From sequence record NZ_CP104760.1: a stretch of 64,000 nt of DNA; one strand, written 5' to 3'. This DNA is from a plasmid. Each line of letters opens with the position of its first letter. Position 1 is the first letter of the stretch. Below the pieces are notes generated by a model. The model saw nothing but the letters and a program-made list of their open reading frames with translations. It was not told the origin of the DNA and did no database searches. Both the position numbers and the translations under genes were made by a program. Below, in pieces: positions 18,909 to 29,218 of the stretch.

Positions 18909-20612
18909 ATGCGATTCACGATTGTTAAGAACAGCAGCGGCATGCAGCCGCCGCAGACCAGCTTCGACTTCTATCCGCCCGGCGGCACCATCGGCCGCAG
19001 CGAAGATAACAATTTCGTTTTGCCGGATGAGAGCCGCGCCATTTCGCGTCTGCAGCTGCTGGTGCATACCTCCGCCAACGGCGAGTGTCGCATTACCAAC
19101 CGCGGCAATGTGATTAACATTGAATTCAACGGCATCCCGCTGGAGCATGGCCGTCAGGTAGAGCTGCAGAGCGGCGACCTGCTCGGCATCGGCGACTATA
19201 GTCTGGCCGTGTCTGACCTCGACGGCAGCGCGCCTTCGCCCGCCGTTCAGCCGCAGCAGGCGCCGCTTCGCGCCGCGCCGCGAACCGCGGAAGCGATCCC
19301 CGGCGAGATCTGGGAGAGCCTGGCGCGCGACTTCACGCCGCCACCGCCGCCCGCCCGTGACGCCGCGCCCGCCGTCGCCAATCCGCTGACCGCCGCGCCG
19401 GGCAAAGAGCTGAACCCTGTCGACCCGCTGGCGCAGCAGCAGACCTTTACCGATCTGCACCAGCTCAGCGCGCGGGAAACCGATCCGGCGCGGCTGTTCA
19501 ACGAAAACGATCTCTTTCAACAGCCCGATATTTTGCAGGACGCCACGCCGAGCGCGCTGCGCGCCGCACCGCAGGCAGCGCCGCTCCACCCGGAGGCGTC
19601 GCAGGAGTGCGATCCGCTGGCGCTGTTCGGCCACGCCGCCGGGAAGCAGGAAGATCCCTTCGGCATTATGGTCGAAGGGGCGCAGTCGCTGACCCCGCCC
19701 GATATTTTTACGCCACCGCCCGCGCCGCAGAGCTCGCCTCAACCTGTCGCACCGCCCGCACAGCAGGCCTCGCTTCAACCTGTGTCGCCGTCCGCGCCGC
19801 AGAAAGCTGAGCCTGAGCCGCCGCCCATGCAGCCAGCATCCGCACCTGCGCCCGAGCGCGCCGCCACGCCGAAGCCGGAAGTGGCCGCGCCCTCTCCCTC
19901 CGGCTACAACCACGTCGCCGGTCGCCGCATGGGTATAGATCCGGTCTCTTATCAGCGCGCCGGACAGGCGCGTAGCGCGCAGGGGTGTCAGCTGGAAGGT
20001 GAACTGCTGCAGGCGCTGCTGGCAGGCGCGGATTTGCAGGATATGGATGGTCAGCCCGCCTTCGGCAAGCAGCAGATGTTTCTGGTTGGCCAGCTGCTGA
20101 GCCTTTTCTCCCAGGGCACGGTGGCGCTGCTCTCCTCGCGTTCGATGCTGAAGCGCGGCGTCAATGCGGAGATGACCATGATCCTTGATGAGGCCAATAA
20201 CCCGTTCAAGCTGCTGCCGTCGGGCAAAACGGTGCTGATCCAGATGTTTGGCAGCCAGATGCCGGGCTTTATGTCGCCGGAGAAAGCGGTGCGCGATGCG
20301 CTGATCGATCTGCAGGCGCATCAGCTCGGCATGATTGCCGGCATACGCGCCATTATCGCCGCCATGCTGCAGTCGTTTAATCCTGAAAAGATCGAGAGCC
20401 AGGCGCGCGACAGCGGCCGCACCCCGCGTTTCGCCCTCGCCTCCGCCCGCAAGGCGGCGCTGTGGGATTACTTTGTGCAGCGCTTCCACACTACGGCTGA
20501 CGAAATCGACGACGATTTCCACACGCTGTTCGGCGAAGCCTTTCTGCGCGCCTATGACATCGAAGTCAATCAATACAAAGACTTGCAAACAAAAAACGAC
20601 GGTGACCGATGA
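18909..20612 (+). CDS. tagH: T6SS FHA-domain protein TagH (Fha)
   Basis: The N-terminal FHA domain starts at ATG 18909 (MRFTIVKNSSG…GRSEDNNFVLPDESRAISRLQ…), followed by a Pro/Ala-rich linker and a TagH C-domain. The track ORF from 18714 is an in-frame artefact overlapping hcp. Confidence 0.8.
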   Translation: MRFTIVKNSSGMQPPQTSFDFYPPGGTIGRSEDNNFVLPDESRAISRLQLLVHTSANGECRITNRGNVINIEFNGIPLEHGRQVELQSGDLLGIGDYSLAVSDLDGSAPSPAVQPQQAPLRAAPRTAEAIPGEIWESLARDFTPPPPPARDAAPAVANPLTAAPGKELNPVDPLAQQQTFTDLHQLSARETDPARLFNENDLFQQPDILQDATPSALRAAPQAAPLHPEASQECDPLALFGHAAGKQEDPFGIMVEGAQSLTPPDIFTPPPAPQSSPQPVAPPAQQASLQPVSPSAPQKAEPEPPPMQPASAPAPERAATPKPEVAAPSPSGYNHVAGRRMGIDPVSYQRAGQARSAQGCQLEGELLQALLAGADLQDMDGQPAFGKQQMFLVGQLLSLFSQGTVALLSSRSMLKRGVNAEMTMILDEANNPFKLLPSGKTVLIQMFGSQMPGFMSPEKAVRDALIDLQAHQLGMIAGIRAIIAAMLQSFNPEKIESQARDSGRTPRFALASARKAALWDYFVQRFHTTADEIDDDFHTLFGEAFLRAYDIEVNQYKDLQTKNDGDR

Positions 20613-21382
20613 ATATTACCTTTGCTTCCACCAGCCAGCAGGGCCAGCGCGCCATGAATCAGGATCAGCTCGCCGACGCGCTCGGCGCGCGCGCTGCCTG
20701 CTTTGTGATCTGCGACGGCATCGCCGGCAAGCCGGGCGGAGATGTCGCCGCCCGGCTGGCGTGCGAGACCATCGTCGGGCAGTTCAACACCGAAACGCAC
20801 CTCGACGCGCAGCATATCCGCCACTATATCGCTGCCGCCAATCGCGCCATTCTGCAAACCCAGGCGCGCGACGCGCAGCTGAAAAATATGGGCACCACGC
20901 TGGTGAGCCTGTTTATCGATCGCGACTATCAGCTCGCCTACTGGGCGCACGCGGGGGACAGCCGCCTCTATCTGTTCCGCCGCGGCTATCTGCTGCAGCA
21001 GACGCGCGATCACAGCCTGGCGCAGCAGATGCGCGATGCCGGGCATGATGGCGGCAGCGTAAACCAGAACCTGCTCTACTTCGCGCTGGGCATGCGCGAG
21101 GAGCGCGAGGCCAGCTACAGCGATGTGTTGCCGCTGGAAGACGGCGACGCCTTTTTGCTCTGCACCGACGGTTTCTGGCATGCGCTGCAGGTTGAGGATC
21201 TCGAACAGAGCCTGCGGATGGTAAGTTCGCCGCAGGAGTGGCTGGCGCTGCTACAGCGCATGCAGCCCGACGACAACCCGGATAATTTCAGCGCGCTGGC
21301 GGTCTGGATCGGCGAGCCGCAGGACGCCACGCTGCTCAGCTCGTTCAGCGATGCCCAGCGCATCTTGCTCAACTGCCGCTAA
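20609..21382 (+). CDS. pppA: PP2C-type Ser/Thr phosphatase PppA (TagG)
   Basis: 257 aa; PP2C motifs (AMNQDQ…FVICDGIAGKPGGDVAA…TTLV…DGFW). Confidence 0.8.
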   Translation: MNITFASTSQQGQRAMNQDQLADALGARAACFVICDGIAGKPGGDVAARLACETIVGQFNTETHLDAQHIRHYIAAANRAILQTQARDAQLKNMGTTLVSLFIDRDYQLAYWAHAGDSRLYLFRRGYLLQQTRDHSLAQQMRDAGHDGGSVNQNLLYFALGMREEREASYSDVLPLEDGDAFLLCTDGFWHALQVEDLEQSLRMVSSPQEWLALLQRMQPDDNPDNFSALAVWIGEPQDATLLSSFSDAQRILLNCR

Positions 21383-21398
21383 CCGCCGGGAACCCACG

Positions 21399-22313
21399 AT
21401 GAAAAGCTGGATTATTCCGCTCTGTCTGGCGCTGCTGCCCGCTGCCGTTCAGGCCAAAAGCGTGCGTATCGCCTGGTCGCCCGCCGCCCGGCTCAGCGCC
21501 TGGCTGGACAATGTGCCCGGCGCGCAGCCGCGCCAGTGGTGCGGTGCCAGCGCGGCGCTGCATATCGAACCGGCGGGCGCGTTCAGCCAGGAGGCGTTTA
21601 ACGATTTCCTGCCGCAGGTGGGCCGTATCCTGGCGAAGCAGTGCGGCGAACTGAAAACCCTGCGCTGGACGGTGATCGACAAACAGGGCGACGCCCGGCT
21701 TAAAGGCACCGCCAGCGCCGACCAGAAGTGGCGCGTCATTCTGCCGCCGCCGGAGATCGTCGCCGACGCCACGCCGTGGCAGCGCTTCGCCCTCTCGGCA
21801 CGCTGCAGCTTCCGCACCTACTGGCCCGCCGACGGCCAGGCGGCGCAGCCGGTTTCGCCGGAAGGTTCCGAACCGCGCTGCGACGATGCGGGCTGGATCC
21901 AGGGGCCGGGCCGCATTGGTTCTTCCGCCGTCACCTTTGTCAGCGGCTACCCGCTGCTTAACGCGCCTGCCGGCGCGACCCAGCAGAGCACGCAGGTGGT
22001 CAGCGCCAATAACCAGCGCCTGATCCTGGCCAGCGGCAGCGACGCCAGCAGCTGGCTGCTGCTGCCGTGGGATGCGGCGCATCTCGCCTGGCGCTTTGAC
22101 GGCAGCGTGCTGATTAAGGCGACGCCGGGCGAGGCGGAGGACGCGCGCGCCCGCACAACGTTGATTGATGCCGCGCGCCAGCGCTGGGCGCTGGGCGATA
22201 AAGAGGCCGCGTGGCAGCTGATCGCCGCTCTTCATCCGCACGCCCTCAATCCCGCGCCGGATCCGCTGGCGCAGCTAAACAGTGACGCGGCGCCCGCCGC
22301 CCGAGGTAAATGA
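21399..22313 (+). CDS. Periplasmic protein of the T6SS phosphorylation module (possible RtkS-like regulator)
   Basis: Signal peptide MKSWIIPLCLALLPAAVQA; about 305 aa; lies between pppA and tagJ, coupled to both. The RtkS-like assignment is by gene position only. Confidence 0.6.
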   Translation: MKSWIIPLCLALLPAAVQAKSVRIAWSPAARLSAWLDNVPGAQPRQWCGASAALHIEPAGAFSQEAFNDFLPQVGRILAKQCGELKTLRWTVIDKQGDARLKGTASADQKWRVILPPPEIVADATPWQRFALSARCSFRTYWPADGQAAQPVSPEGSEPRCDDAGWIQGPGRIGSSAVTFVSGYPLLNAPAGATQQSTQVVSANNQRLILASGSDASSWLLLPWDAAHLAWRFDGSVLIKATPGEAEDARARTTLIDAARQRWALGDKEAAWQLIAALHPHALNPAPDPLAQLNSDAAPAARGK

Positions 22314-23095
22314 TGCAGCTATCCGACATGCTTGAAAATGACGCTATCCAGCCCGCCATCGATGAGGTGAGGCAGGCGATCCGCGAGCAGCCCGCCAGCG
22401 CCGATCGCCGCGCGCATCTGGCGCAGCTGCTCTGTCTGAACGCCGACTGGCGCGGCGCGCTGGCGCAGGTAAAAGCCTGGCAGCAGCTGGCCGCCGAGGC
22501 GGCGCCGACCGTCAGGCTGCTGCTGCAGATGATCGGCGGCGAGACGCAGCGCGCCGCGGTGTTTAGCCAGACGGCGACGCCCGCGCTGTTCCCGCAGGAG
22601 CACCGCTGGGTCGCTGATATGGCACGCGCGCTGAACGCGCCGACGGCGCGCGAGACGCTGCTGGCGGCCGTACCCGTCAACGGCGGCGAGCTGGTGCTTC
22701 GCGCCGCGCCGGAGGCGGCGGAGCGTTTCGACTGGCTGTCGGATGGCGACGAACGTCTCGGGCCGGTGTGCGAACTGATTCTTGACGGCGTCTATCACTG
22801 GGCGAGCCTGCATCTTATCCAGCAGATCCGCTTTCAGCCGCCCGCCAGTGTCATCGACCTGGTATGGCGTCAGTGCAGCGTGCGGTTTCATGACGGCAAC
22901 GAACGCCTTTGCCAGATGCCGGTGCGCTACCCGTCGCAGGCCGACGACAGCGACGCCCTGAAGCTGGCGCGTCAGACAAGCTGGTCGCTGCAGCCGCCGG
23001 GTTACGTCGGTCACGGGCAGCGTATCTGGCTCGACGGCGACCGCGAATGGGCGCTGCTCGATATTGAATCGATCGCTTTCCGGGAGCCGGTATGA
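22310..23095 (+). CDS. tagJ: T6SS accessory protein TagJ (ImpE/SciE family)
   Basis: 261 aa; helical/TPR-like N-terminal part. Sits immediately upstream of tssE-tssF-tssG-clpV, as tagJ does in P. aeruginosa H1 and Serratia. Confidence 0.6.
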   Translation: MMQLSDMLENDAIQPAIDEVRQAIREQPASADRRAHLAQLLCLNADWRGALAQVKAWQQLAAEAAPTVRLLLQMIGGETQRAAVFSQTATPALFPQEHRWVADMARALNAPTARETLLAAVPVNGGELVLRAAPEAAERFDWLSDGDERLGPVCELILDGVYHWASLHLIQQIRFQPPASVIDLVWRQCSVRFHDGNERLCQMPVRYPSQADDSDALKLARQTSWSLQPPGYVGHGQRIWLDGDREWALLDIESIAFREPV

Positions 23096-23661
23096 AACCT
23101 CTGCGCGCCGAGTCGGACGCTGAGGCGGATCGCTCGCTGAGCGGCACCGCGTCACGCCGTCTCAATCCGCACGACAGGATGCGTCCGAGCATCCTGGATC
23201 GCCTCACCGACGACGAGCCGGATCGGCCCGCCAGAACCGAAATGCGCAACGTTATTTCGCATCAGACTCTGCGCAGCCAGGTGCTGCGCGATCTGCAGTG
23301 GCTGTTCAACTGCATCAACAATACGTCGCAGCTCGATCTGCGCCCCTATCCGCAGGTGCGCGCCTCGGTGCTGAATTTCGGCGTGGAGCCGCTGGCGGGC
23401 CAGCGTATTTCCGAGATTGAGTGGGAGACGGTGCGGCGTCAGCTGACGCAGGCGATTATTCAGTTTGAACCGCGCATTATCGCGCAGGATCTGACCCTCC
23501 GCTGCATCAGCGATCCGCACTCCCTGACCACCCATAACGTTCTCTCTATTGAGATTAAAGGCAACCTCTGGTGCGTGCCCTGGCCGCTCGCCTTTCTGTT
23601 TCGCACCGAGCTTGACCTGGAGCACAGCCGTTACGAACTGAAGGATAGTGAGGGAACATGA
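23092..23661 (+). CDS. tssE: T6SS baseplate protein TssE (gp25-like)
   Basis: PSILDRLTDDEP motif. An alternative start at M29 would give the typical ~160 aa. Confidence 0.85.
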   Translation: MKPLRAESDAEADRSLSGTASRRLNPHDRMRPSILDRLTDDEPDRPARTEMRNVISHQTLRSQVLRDLQWLFNCINNTSQLDLRPYPQVRASVLNFGVEPLAGQRISEIEWETVRRQLTQAIIQFEPRIIAQDLTLRCISDPHSLTTHNVLSIEIKGNLWCVPWPLAFLFRTELDLEHSRYELKDSEGT

Positions 23662-25523
23662 ACCAGAAGCTGCTTGACTACTACAACCGCGAGCTGAGCT
23701 GGCTGCGCGAAATGGGCGAGGAGTTCGCGGAGCGCTATCCCAAGGTGGCGGGCCGCCTCGGTATGCGCGAAGGCGACGTCTCCGATCCCTATATTGAACG
23801 GCTGATGGAGGGATTCGCTTTTCTCACCTCGCGGGTGCAGCTCAAGATGGACGCTGAGTTTCCGCGTTTTACCCAGCGACTGCTGGAGATGATCTACCCC
23901 AACTATCTGGCACCGACGCCCTCGATGGCGATTGTCGAGTTTCAGCCGGACGGCATGAAGGGCAATATCAACAGCGGCTTCGCTATTCCGCGCGGTACGC
24001 TGATTGAAAATCAGGCGATGAAGAGTAAGGGCGTGAGCTGCAAATACCGCACCGCCCATGACGTGACGCTGCTGCCGCTGCAGATCGCCCAGGTGGCGCT
24101 TGGCGGCATCCCGGCGGACCTGCCGGTGGCAGCCGCCGCGTTACAGCAGCGCGGCGCGATCCGCGCGTTGCGCATTCGGCTTGAGAGCGGGCGCAATATC
24201 CCCCTTGACCAGCTGACGGTCGATAAGCTGTCGTTCTATCTGAGCGGGCCTGACGGTCAGGCGCTGGCGCTGCTGGAGCTGCTGATGGGCCACTGCGTTG
24301 GGGTCGTTTGCCGCAGCGCGCAGCAGAGCCTGCTGCTGGAACCGGAGGCGCTGCGCCAGCAGGGATTCGACGCACAGCAGGCGCTGCTGCCAGACGATCT
24401 GCGCAATGCGTCCGGTTACCGGCTGCTGCAGGAGTATTTCGCCTTTCCGTCGCGCTATCTCTTCTGCGACGTCGAGGGGCTGGCTCCCTTTATCCGCGGG
24501 CTGAAAGGCGAGCATCAGTTTGAGATCCTGCTGCTGCTCGATGAAGAAAACGACGCGCTGGAAGGGGTCGTCGACAGCGAGCATCTGTCGCTGCACTGTA
24601 CGCCGGTCATCAATCTCTTTCCCCGCGCGTCGGAGCGCATCAACGTTGACGAGCTGGCGAGCGAATATCATCTGGTGGTGGATAACGCCCATCCGCTCGA
24701 TTATGAGATCTACAGCGTGACGGCCCTTTACGGCAGCGGTCGCGGCCTGCGCGAGGAGCAGCGGTTTCGTCCATTCTGGGACAGCCGGGGTGAGGACGAC
24801 GGCAACTACGGTGCCTATTTCGCCCAGCGTCGCGAACCGCGCCTGCTCTCCGATAAGGGCAAAATATACGGCACCCGTACCGGCTATCTCGGCTCCGAGC
24901 TGTTTGTCTCGCTGGTGGACGAGCAGCAGACGCCCTACGCCGCCTCTCTGCAGTACCTGATGGCGGATCTACTCTGCACCAACCGCGACCTGCCGCTGAT
25001 CCTGCGACAGCAGGGGCTGGACGTTTTCACGCTGCCCACCTCCGCACCGGTGCTGGCGATCCGCATGCGCAAAGGGCCGACCGCGCCGCGACCGGCACTG
25101 GCGGAAGGCGCCGTCTCCTGGCGTTTGATCAGCCAGCTACAGCTCAACTACCTCAGCCTGACGGAGACAGACGCGCAGCAGGGTGCCGCCTCGCTGCGTC
25201 AGCTACTGGCGCTTTATGCCGAGGTGGCGGAGCCGGCTATCAGCCGTCAGATCGAGGGGATCCGCCGCTGCGCGCTGCGTCCGGTGCATCGCCGCGTGCC
25301 GCAGCCGGGGCCGATAACCTTTGCGCGCGGCATCGCTATCGAACTCACCGTGGATGAAGGCGCGTTCTCTGGCGCCAGCCCCTGGCTGCTCGGCTGCGTG
25401 CTGGAGACGCTTTTTTCGCGCCTGGTGGCAATCAACAGCTTTACCGAGACCAGGCTTGTCAGCGAGCAGCGCGGCGAAATCGGCTTCTGGCCGGCGCGCA
25501 TCGGCATGAGGCCGCTGCTGTGA
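23658..25523 (+). CDS. tssF: T6SS baseplate protein TssF
   Basis: 621 aa; MNQKLLDYYNRELSWLREMGEEFAERYPKVAGRL is a TssF signature. Confidence 0.9.
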   Translation: MNQKLLDYYNRELSWLREMGEEFAERYPKVAGRLGMREGDVSDPYIERLMEGFAFLTSRVQLKMDAEFPRFTQRLLEMIYPNYLAPTPSMAIVEFQPDGMKGNINSGFAIPRGTLIENQAMKSKGVSCKYRTAHDVTLLPLQIAQVALGGIPADLPVAAAALQQRGAIRALRIRLESGRNIPLDQLTVDKLSFYLSGPDGQALALLELLMGHCVGVVCRSAQQSLLLEPEALRQQGFDAQQALLPDDLRNASGYRLLQEYFAFPSRYLFCDVEGLAPFIRGLKGEHQFEILLLLDEENDALEGVVDSEHLSLHCTPVINLFPRASERINVDELASEYHLVVDNAHPLDYEIYSVTALYGSGRGLREEQRFRPFWDSRGEDDGNYGAYFAQRREPRLLSDKGKIYGTRTGYLGSELFVSLVDEQQTPYAASLQYLMADLLCTNRDLPLILRQQGLDVFTLPTSAPVLAIRMRKGPTAPRPALAEGAVSWRLISQLQLNYLSLTETDAQQGAASLRQLLALYAEVAEPAISRQIEGIRRCALRPVHRRVPQPGPITFARGIAIELTVDEGAFSGASPWLLGCVLETLFSRLVAINSFTETRLVSEQRGEIGFWPARIGMRPLL

Positions 25524-26557
25524 GCGCCTCAGGCCGTCGCGACGAGCCGCGGTTGCCCGCTGACTTCTGGCATCAGGTTGAGCGTGCGCCCTTCCGCCAC
25601 GATCTGTTTCAACTGCTGCGCCGACTGGACGCGCAGGCGGGCGAACCTTATCCGCTGGGCCGCGCGCCGCTGCCGCGTTTTGAGCCGTTGCGCCTCGGCC
25701 AGGCACCGTCGCTGGCTTTCGCGCCAGCCACCGTAGCGCGCGCGGCGACCCGTCCCGGATCGCAACGGCCTGAAATCGACATCTACAGCTTTGGCCTGTT
25801 CGGCCCCAACGGCCCGCTGCCGCGCCACCTCACTGAGTATGCCCACCAGCGCGTGGCGCATCACGGCGACCGCAGCATGGTGGATTTCCTCAATCTGTTT
25901 CATCACCGCCTGATTCTGCTCTTCTACCGCGCCTGGGCAGAGGCGCAGCCGACGGTGTCGCTGGATCGCGACGACCGTCATCGCTTCAATCACTATCTTT
26001 CCTGCCTGACCGGCGTGGGACAGCCCGCGCTGACCCATGCGCGCGGCGCAGTCCATGAGCATGCGCGCTACGCGCTCGCCGGCCACCTTACGCGCCAGAC
26101 CCATGATGCCGAGGGGGTAGAGCGATCCCTGACGTGGTATTTCCGCGTGCCGGTCAGCGTGCTGCAAAACGTACCGCAGTGGCTGCCCATCGAGCCGCGC
26201 GACCAGGTGCGGCTGCGCGGCGGGCGCGGCAGTCCGCGACTGGGCGAAAACACGCTGCTCGGCAGCGCGGTGCGCGACGCGCAGCACGCATTCCGCCTTG
26301 TTTTCGGCCCGCTGACCCTCGCCGACTATCAGCGCTTTTTACCGGGCAAGCGCTCCTCGCAGCAGCTGCGTGACTGGCTGCTGCAAACGATCGGCATTGA
26401 GTATCGCTGGGATCTGCAGCTGGTTTTGCAGCAGCAGGCGGTGACGGGCGTCTCGCTGGGCGGCACGGCGCAGCTCGGCTATAGCAGCTGGCTCGGCGAA
26501 CAGCCGGAACCGCGCGACCGCGACGACCTGATCCTGCATCTGGAGCCTGCACCCTGA
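25520..26557 (+). CDS. tssG: T6SS baseplate protein TssG
   Basis: 345 aa; TssG-like; coupled to tssF. Confidence 0.85.
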   Translation: MSASGRRDEPRLPADFWHQVERAPFRHDLFQLLRRLDAQAGEPYPLGRAPLPRFEPLRLGQAPSLAFAPATVARAATRPGSQRPEIDIYSFGLFGPNGPLPRHLTEYAHQRVAHHGDRSMVDFLNLFHHRLILLFYRAWAEAQPTVSLDRDDRHRFNHYLSCLTGVGQPALTHARGAVHEHARYALAGHLTRQTHDAEGVERSLTWYFRVPVSVLQNVPQWLPIEPRDQVRLRGGRGSPRLGENTLLGSAVRDAQHAFRLVFGPLTLADYQRFLPGKRSSQQLRDWLLQTIGIEYRWDLQLVLQQQAVTGVSLGGTAQLGYSSWLGEQPEPRDRDDLILHLEPAP

Positions 26558-26572
26558 ACTTTTTCGTTACTT

Positions 26573-29218
26573 TTGTTAAGGAACATCATGTCTGATATTC
26601 GTCGCTCTGAGTTGTTTAGCAAACTGAATTCGCCGCTCTTTACCGCGCTGGAGAGCGCCACCGCGTTCTGTAAGCTGCGCGGCAATCCCTATGTCGAGCT
26701 GGTGCACTGGCTGCATCAGCTGATGCAGCTGCCCAACAGCGATCTGCAGCGGCTTATTGCCCGCTTCGGGCTGAATGAGTCGCAGCTGGCGAGCGAGATC
26801 GTGGCGGCGCTCGACCGCCTGCCGCGCGGCGCGGGAACCATCTCCGATCTTGCCGAGCATATCGACAACGCCGTCGAACGCAGCTGGGTCTACTGCTCGC
26901 TGAGCTTTGGTCACAGCCGCATTCGCGGCGGCCATCTGCTGCTGGCGCTGCTGAAAACCTTCGCCCTGCGCCATGTGCTGCTGGCGATCTCTCCGCAGTT
27001 TGAGCGCATCGACAGCACCCTGCTGCTGAGCGACTTCGCCCGCTGCGTGGCGGGTTCCGACGAAGAGGCGCTGGCCGACTCCGCCGCGCCGCAGTCGCCG
27101 GGACACGGCAGTGAAAATTTTCTGGCGCTTTATGGCCGCGATCTCACTGCGCTGGCGCGCAAAGGCGATATCGATCCGGTCGTTGGCCGCGACGACGAGA
27201 TCCGGCAGATGGTCGATATTCTGCTGCGCCGCCGCCAGAACAATCCCCTGCTGACCGGCGAGGCGGGCGTGGGCAAAACCGCGCTGGCGGAAGGGCTGGC
27301 GATGCGCATCGCGGCGGGATCGGTGCCGCCGCCCCTGCAGCAGGTGCAGCTCTGGCTGCTCGACATCGGGCTGCTGCAGGCGGGTGCGTCGGTTAAGGGC
27401 GAATTTGAAAGCCGTCTGCAAGGGGTCATCGCTCAGGTTCAGGCCAGTCCGGTGCCGGTGGTGCTGTTTATCGACGAAATACACACCTTGATCGGCGCGG
27501 GCGGCCAGCAGGGAACCGGCGACGCCGCCAACCTGCTGAAGCCTGCGCTGGCGCGCGGTCAGCTGCGCACTATCGGCGCGACGACATGGGCGGAATATAA
27601 AAAATATATCGAGAAAGATCCGGCGTTGACGCGCCGCTTTCAGCCGGTTCAGGTCACCGAGCCGGACGAGGAGAAGGCGATTCAGATGCTGCGCCACCTT
27701 TCCGTGACGCTGTCACAGCATCATCAGGTGCTGCTGCTGGATGAAGCGGTGGAAAGCGCGGTACGCCTGTCGCATCGCTATATTCCCGCCCGCCAGCTGC
27801 CGGATAAGGCGATCGCGCTGCTTGATACCGCCTGCGCGCGCGTCGCCGTCAGCCTGCATGGCGAACCGCCGACGCTGGTGGCGCTGCGGCGTCAACAGGA
27901 GGCGCTGACGCTTGAAGCGGAGATCGCGCGGCGCGAAGCGCGGCTGAATCAGGCTGACGCCGTAGAACGTCTGGCGAAAGCGGAGGCGGCGCTGGCGCAG
28001 GTGGCGCAGCGGTTTGCCGATCTGCAGCCGCGCTGTGAACAGGAGCTGGCGCTGGTGCGCCAGCTTATCGCGCTGCGGGCGGAGCAGCTGGCGGCGGCGC
28101 AGGACGATCCGGCGCTGCGCGCCCGTCTCAGCGAGGCGCAGCGGCAGCTTCAGCAACTGCAGGACGATGCGCCGCTGATCTTCCCGGCGGTGGACGCCAG
28201 CGTCGTCGCCGCCGTGGTCGCTGACTGGACCGGCATTCCTCTCGGCCGCATGCTGCGCGACGAGGCGGCATCGGTGCTTAATCTGCCCGCAGCGCTGGCG
28301 CGGCGCGTTGTCGGCCAGCCTCACGCGCTGGCCGCCATTGCGCACCGCATTCGCACCGCGCACGCGCGCCTCGACGATCCCCATAAGCCCACCGGCGTTT
28401 TCCTGCTGTGCGGACCCTCCGGCGTGGGCAAAACCGAAACGGCGCTGGCGCTGGCGGAGGCGCTCTACGGCGGCGAACAGAACCTGATCACCATTAATAT
28501 GAGCGAGTTCCAGGAAGCGCATACGGTCTCGACGCTGAAAGGCGCGCCGCCGGGCTATGTCGGCTACGGCGAAGGCGGCGTGCTGACCGAGGCGGTACGT
28601 CGCCGTCCCTACAGCGTGGTGCTGCTGGATGAGATTGAAAAAGCGCATGCCGACGTGCACGAGCTTTTTTTCCAGGTGTTCGATAAGGGCTGGATGGAGG
28701 ATGGCGAAGGCCGCCATATCGATTTCCGTAACTGCGTCATTATCCTTACCTCCAATATCGGCAGCGAGCTGATCGAGGGGCTGTGCGCCGATGAAAGCCT
28801 GCTGCCGGAGCCGGAGGCGCTGACCGCGATGCTGCGCCCGCCGCTGCGCCAGGCGTTCCCGGCGGCGCTGCTTGGGCGACTGACGGTGATCCCCTACTAT
28901 CCGCTCAGCGACGCGATGCTGATGCGTATCGTCGGGATGCGCCTGGAGCAGATCCGCCAGCGGCTGCTGACGCATCACCGCATTCAGGCGGAGTTTGCGC
29001 CGGAGGTGGCGCAGCAGATCGCCAGCCGCTGTCAGGAAACCGAATCGGGCGGGCGCATGGTTGACGCTATCCTGACCCAGACGCTGTTGCCGCAGATCAG
29101 CGAGCGGCTGCTGACCGCGACGCTGGAGAAACAGCAGTGGAGCGCGCTGCGGGTCAGCTATGCGCATCCGCAGTTCAGCTACCACTTCAGCGAGGAACAG
29201 GCGGGAATTTCTCAATGA
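26573..29218 (+). CDS. tssH: T6SS AAA+ ATPase ClpV (TssH)
   Basis: 881 aa; Clp N-domain; two AAA modules (GEAGVGKT, GPSGVGKT); coiled-coil middle domain. The start may be ATG 26588. Confidence 0.92.
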   Translation: MLRNIMSDIRRSELFSKLNSPLFTALESATAFCKLRGNPYVELVHWLHQLMQLPNSDLQRLIARFGLNESQLASEIVAALDRLPRGAGTISDLAEHIDNAVERSWVYCSLSFGHSRIRGGHLLLALLKTFALRHVLLAISPQFERIDSTLLLSDFARCVAGSDEEALADSAAPQSPGHGSENFLALYGRDLTALARKGDIDPVVGRDDEIRQMVDILLRRRQNNPLLTGEAGVGKTALAEGLAMRIAAGSVPPPLQQVQLWLLDIGLLQAGASVKGEFESRLQGVIAQVQASPVPVVLFIDEIHTLIGAGGQQGTGDAANLLKPALARGQLRTIGATTWAEYKKYIEKDPALTRRFQPVQVTEPDEEKAIQMLRHLSVTLSQHHQVLLLDEAVESAVRLSHRYIPARQLPDKAIALLDTACARVAVSLHGEPPTLVALRRQQEALTLEAEIARREARLNQADAVERLAKAEAALAQVAQRFADLQPRCEQELALVRQLIALRAEQLAAAQDDPALRARLSEAQRQLQQLQDDAPLIFPAVDASVVAAVVADWTGIPLGRMLRDEAASVLNLPAALARRVVGQPHALAAIAHRIRTAHARLDDPHKPTGVFLLCGPSGVGKTETALALAEALYGGEQNLITINMSEFQEAHTVSTLKGAPPGYVGYGEGGVLTEAVRRRPYSVVLLDEIEKAHADVHELFFQVFDKGWMEDGEGRHIDFRNCVIILTSNIGSELIEGLCADESLLPEPEALTAMLRPPLRQAFPAALLGRLTVIPYYPLSDAMLMRIVGMRLEQIRQRLLTHHRIQAEFAPEVAQQIASRCQETESGGRMVDAILTQTLLPQISERLLTATLEKQQWSALRVSYAHPQFSYHFSEEQAGISQ

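Noticed and set aside
18714-20612. Single 632-aa ORF spanning hcp 3' end to fha
   Set aside because: The 5' 65 codons overlap hcp in another frame. The FHA protein starts at ATG 18909, after the hcp stop and hairpin.
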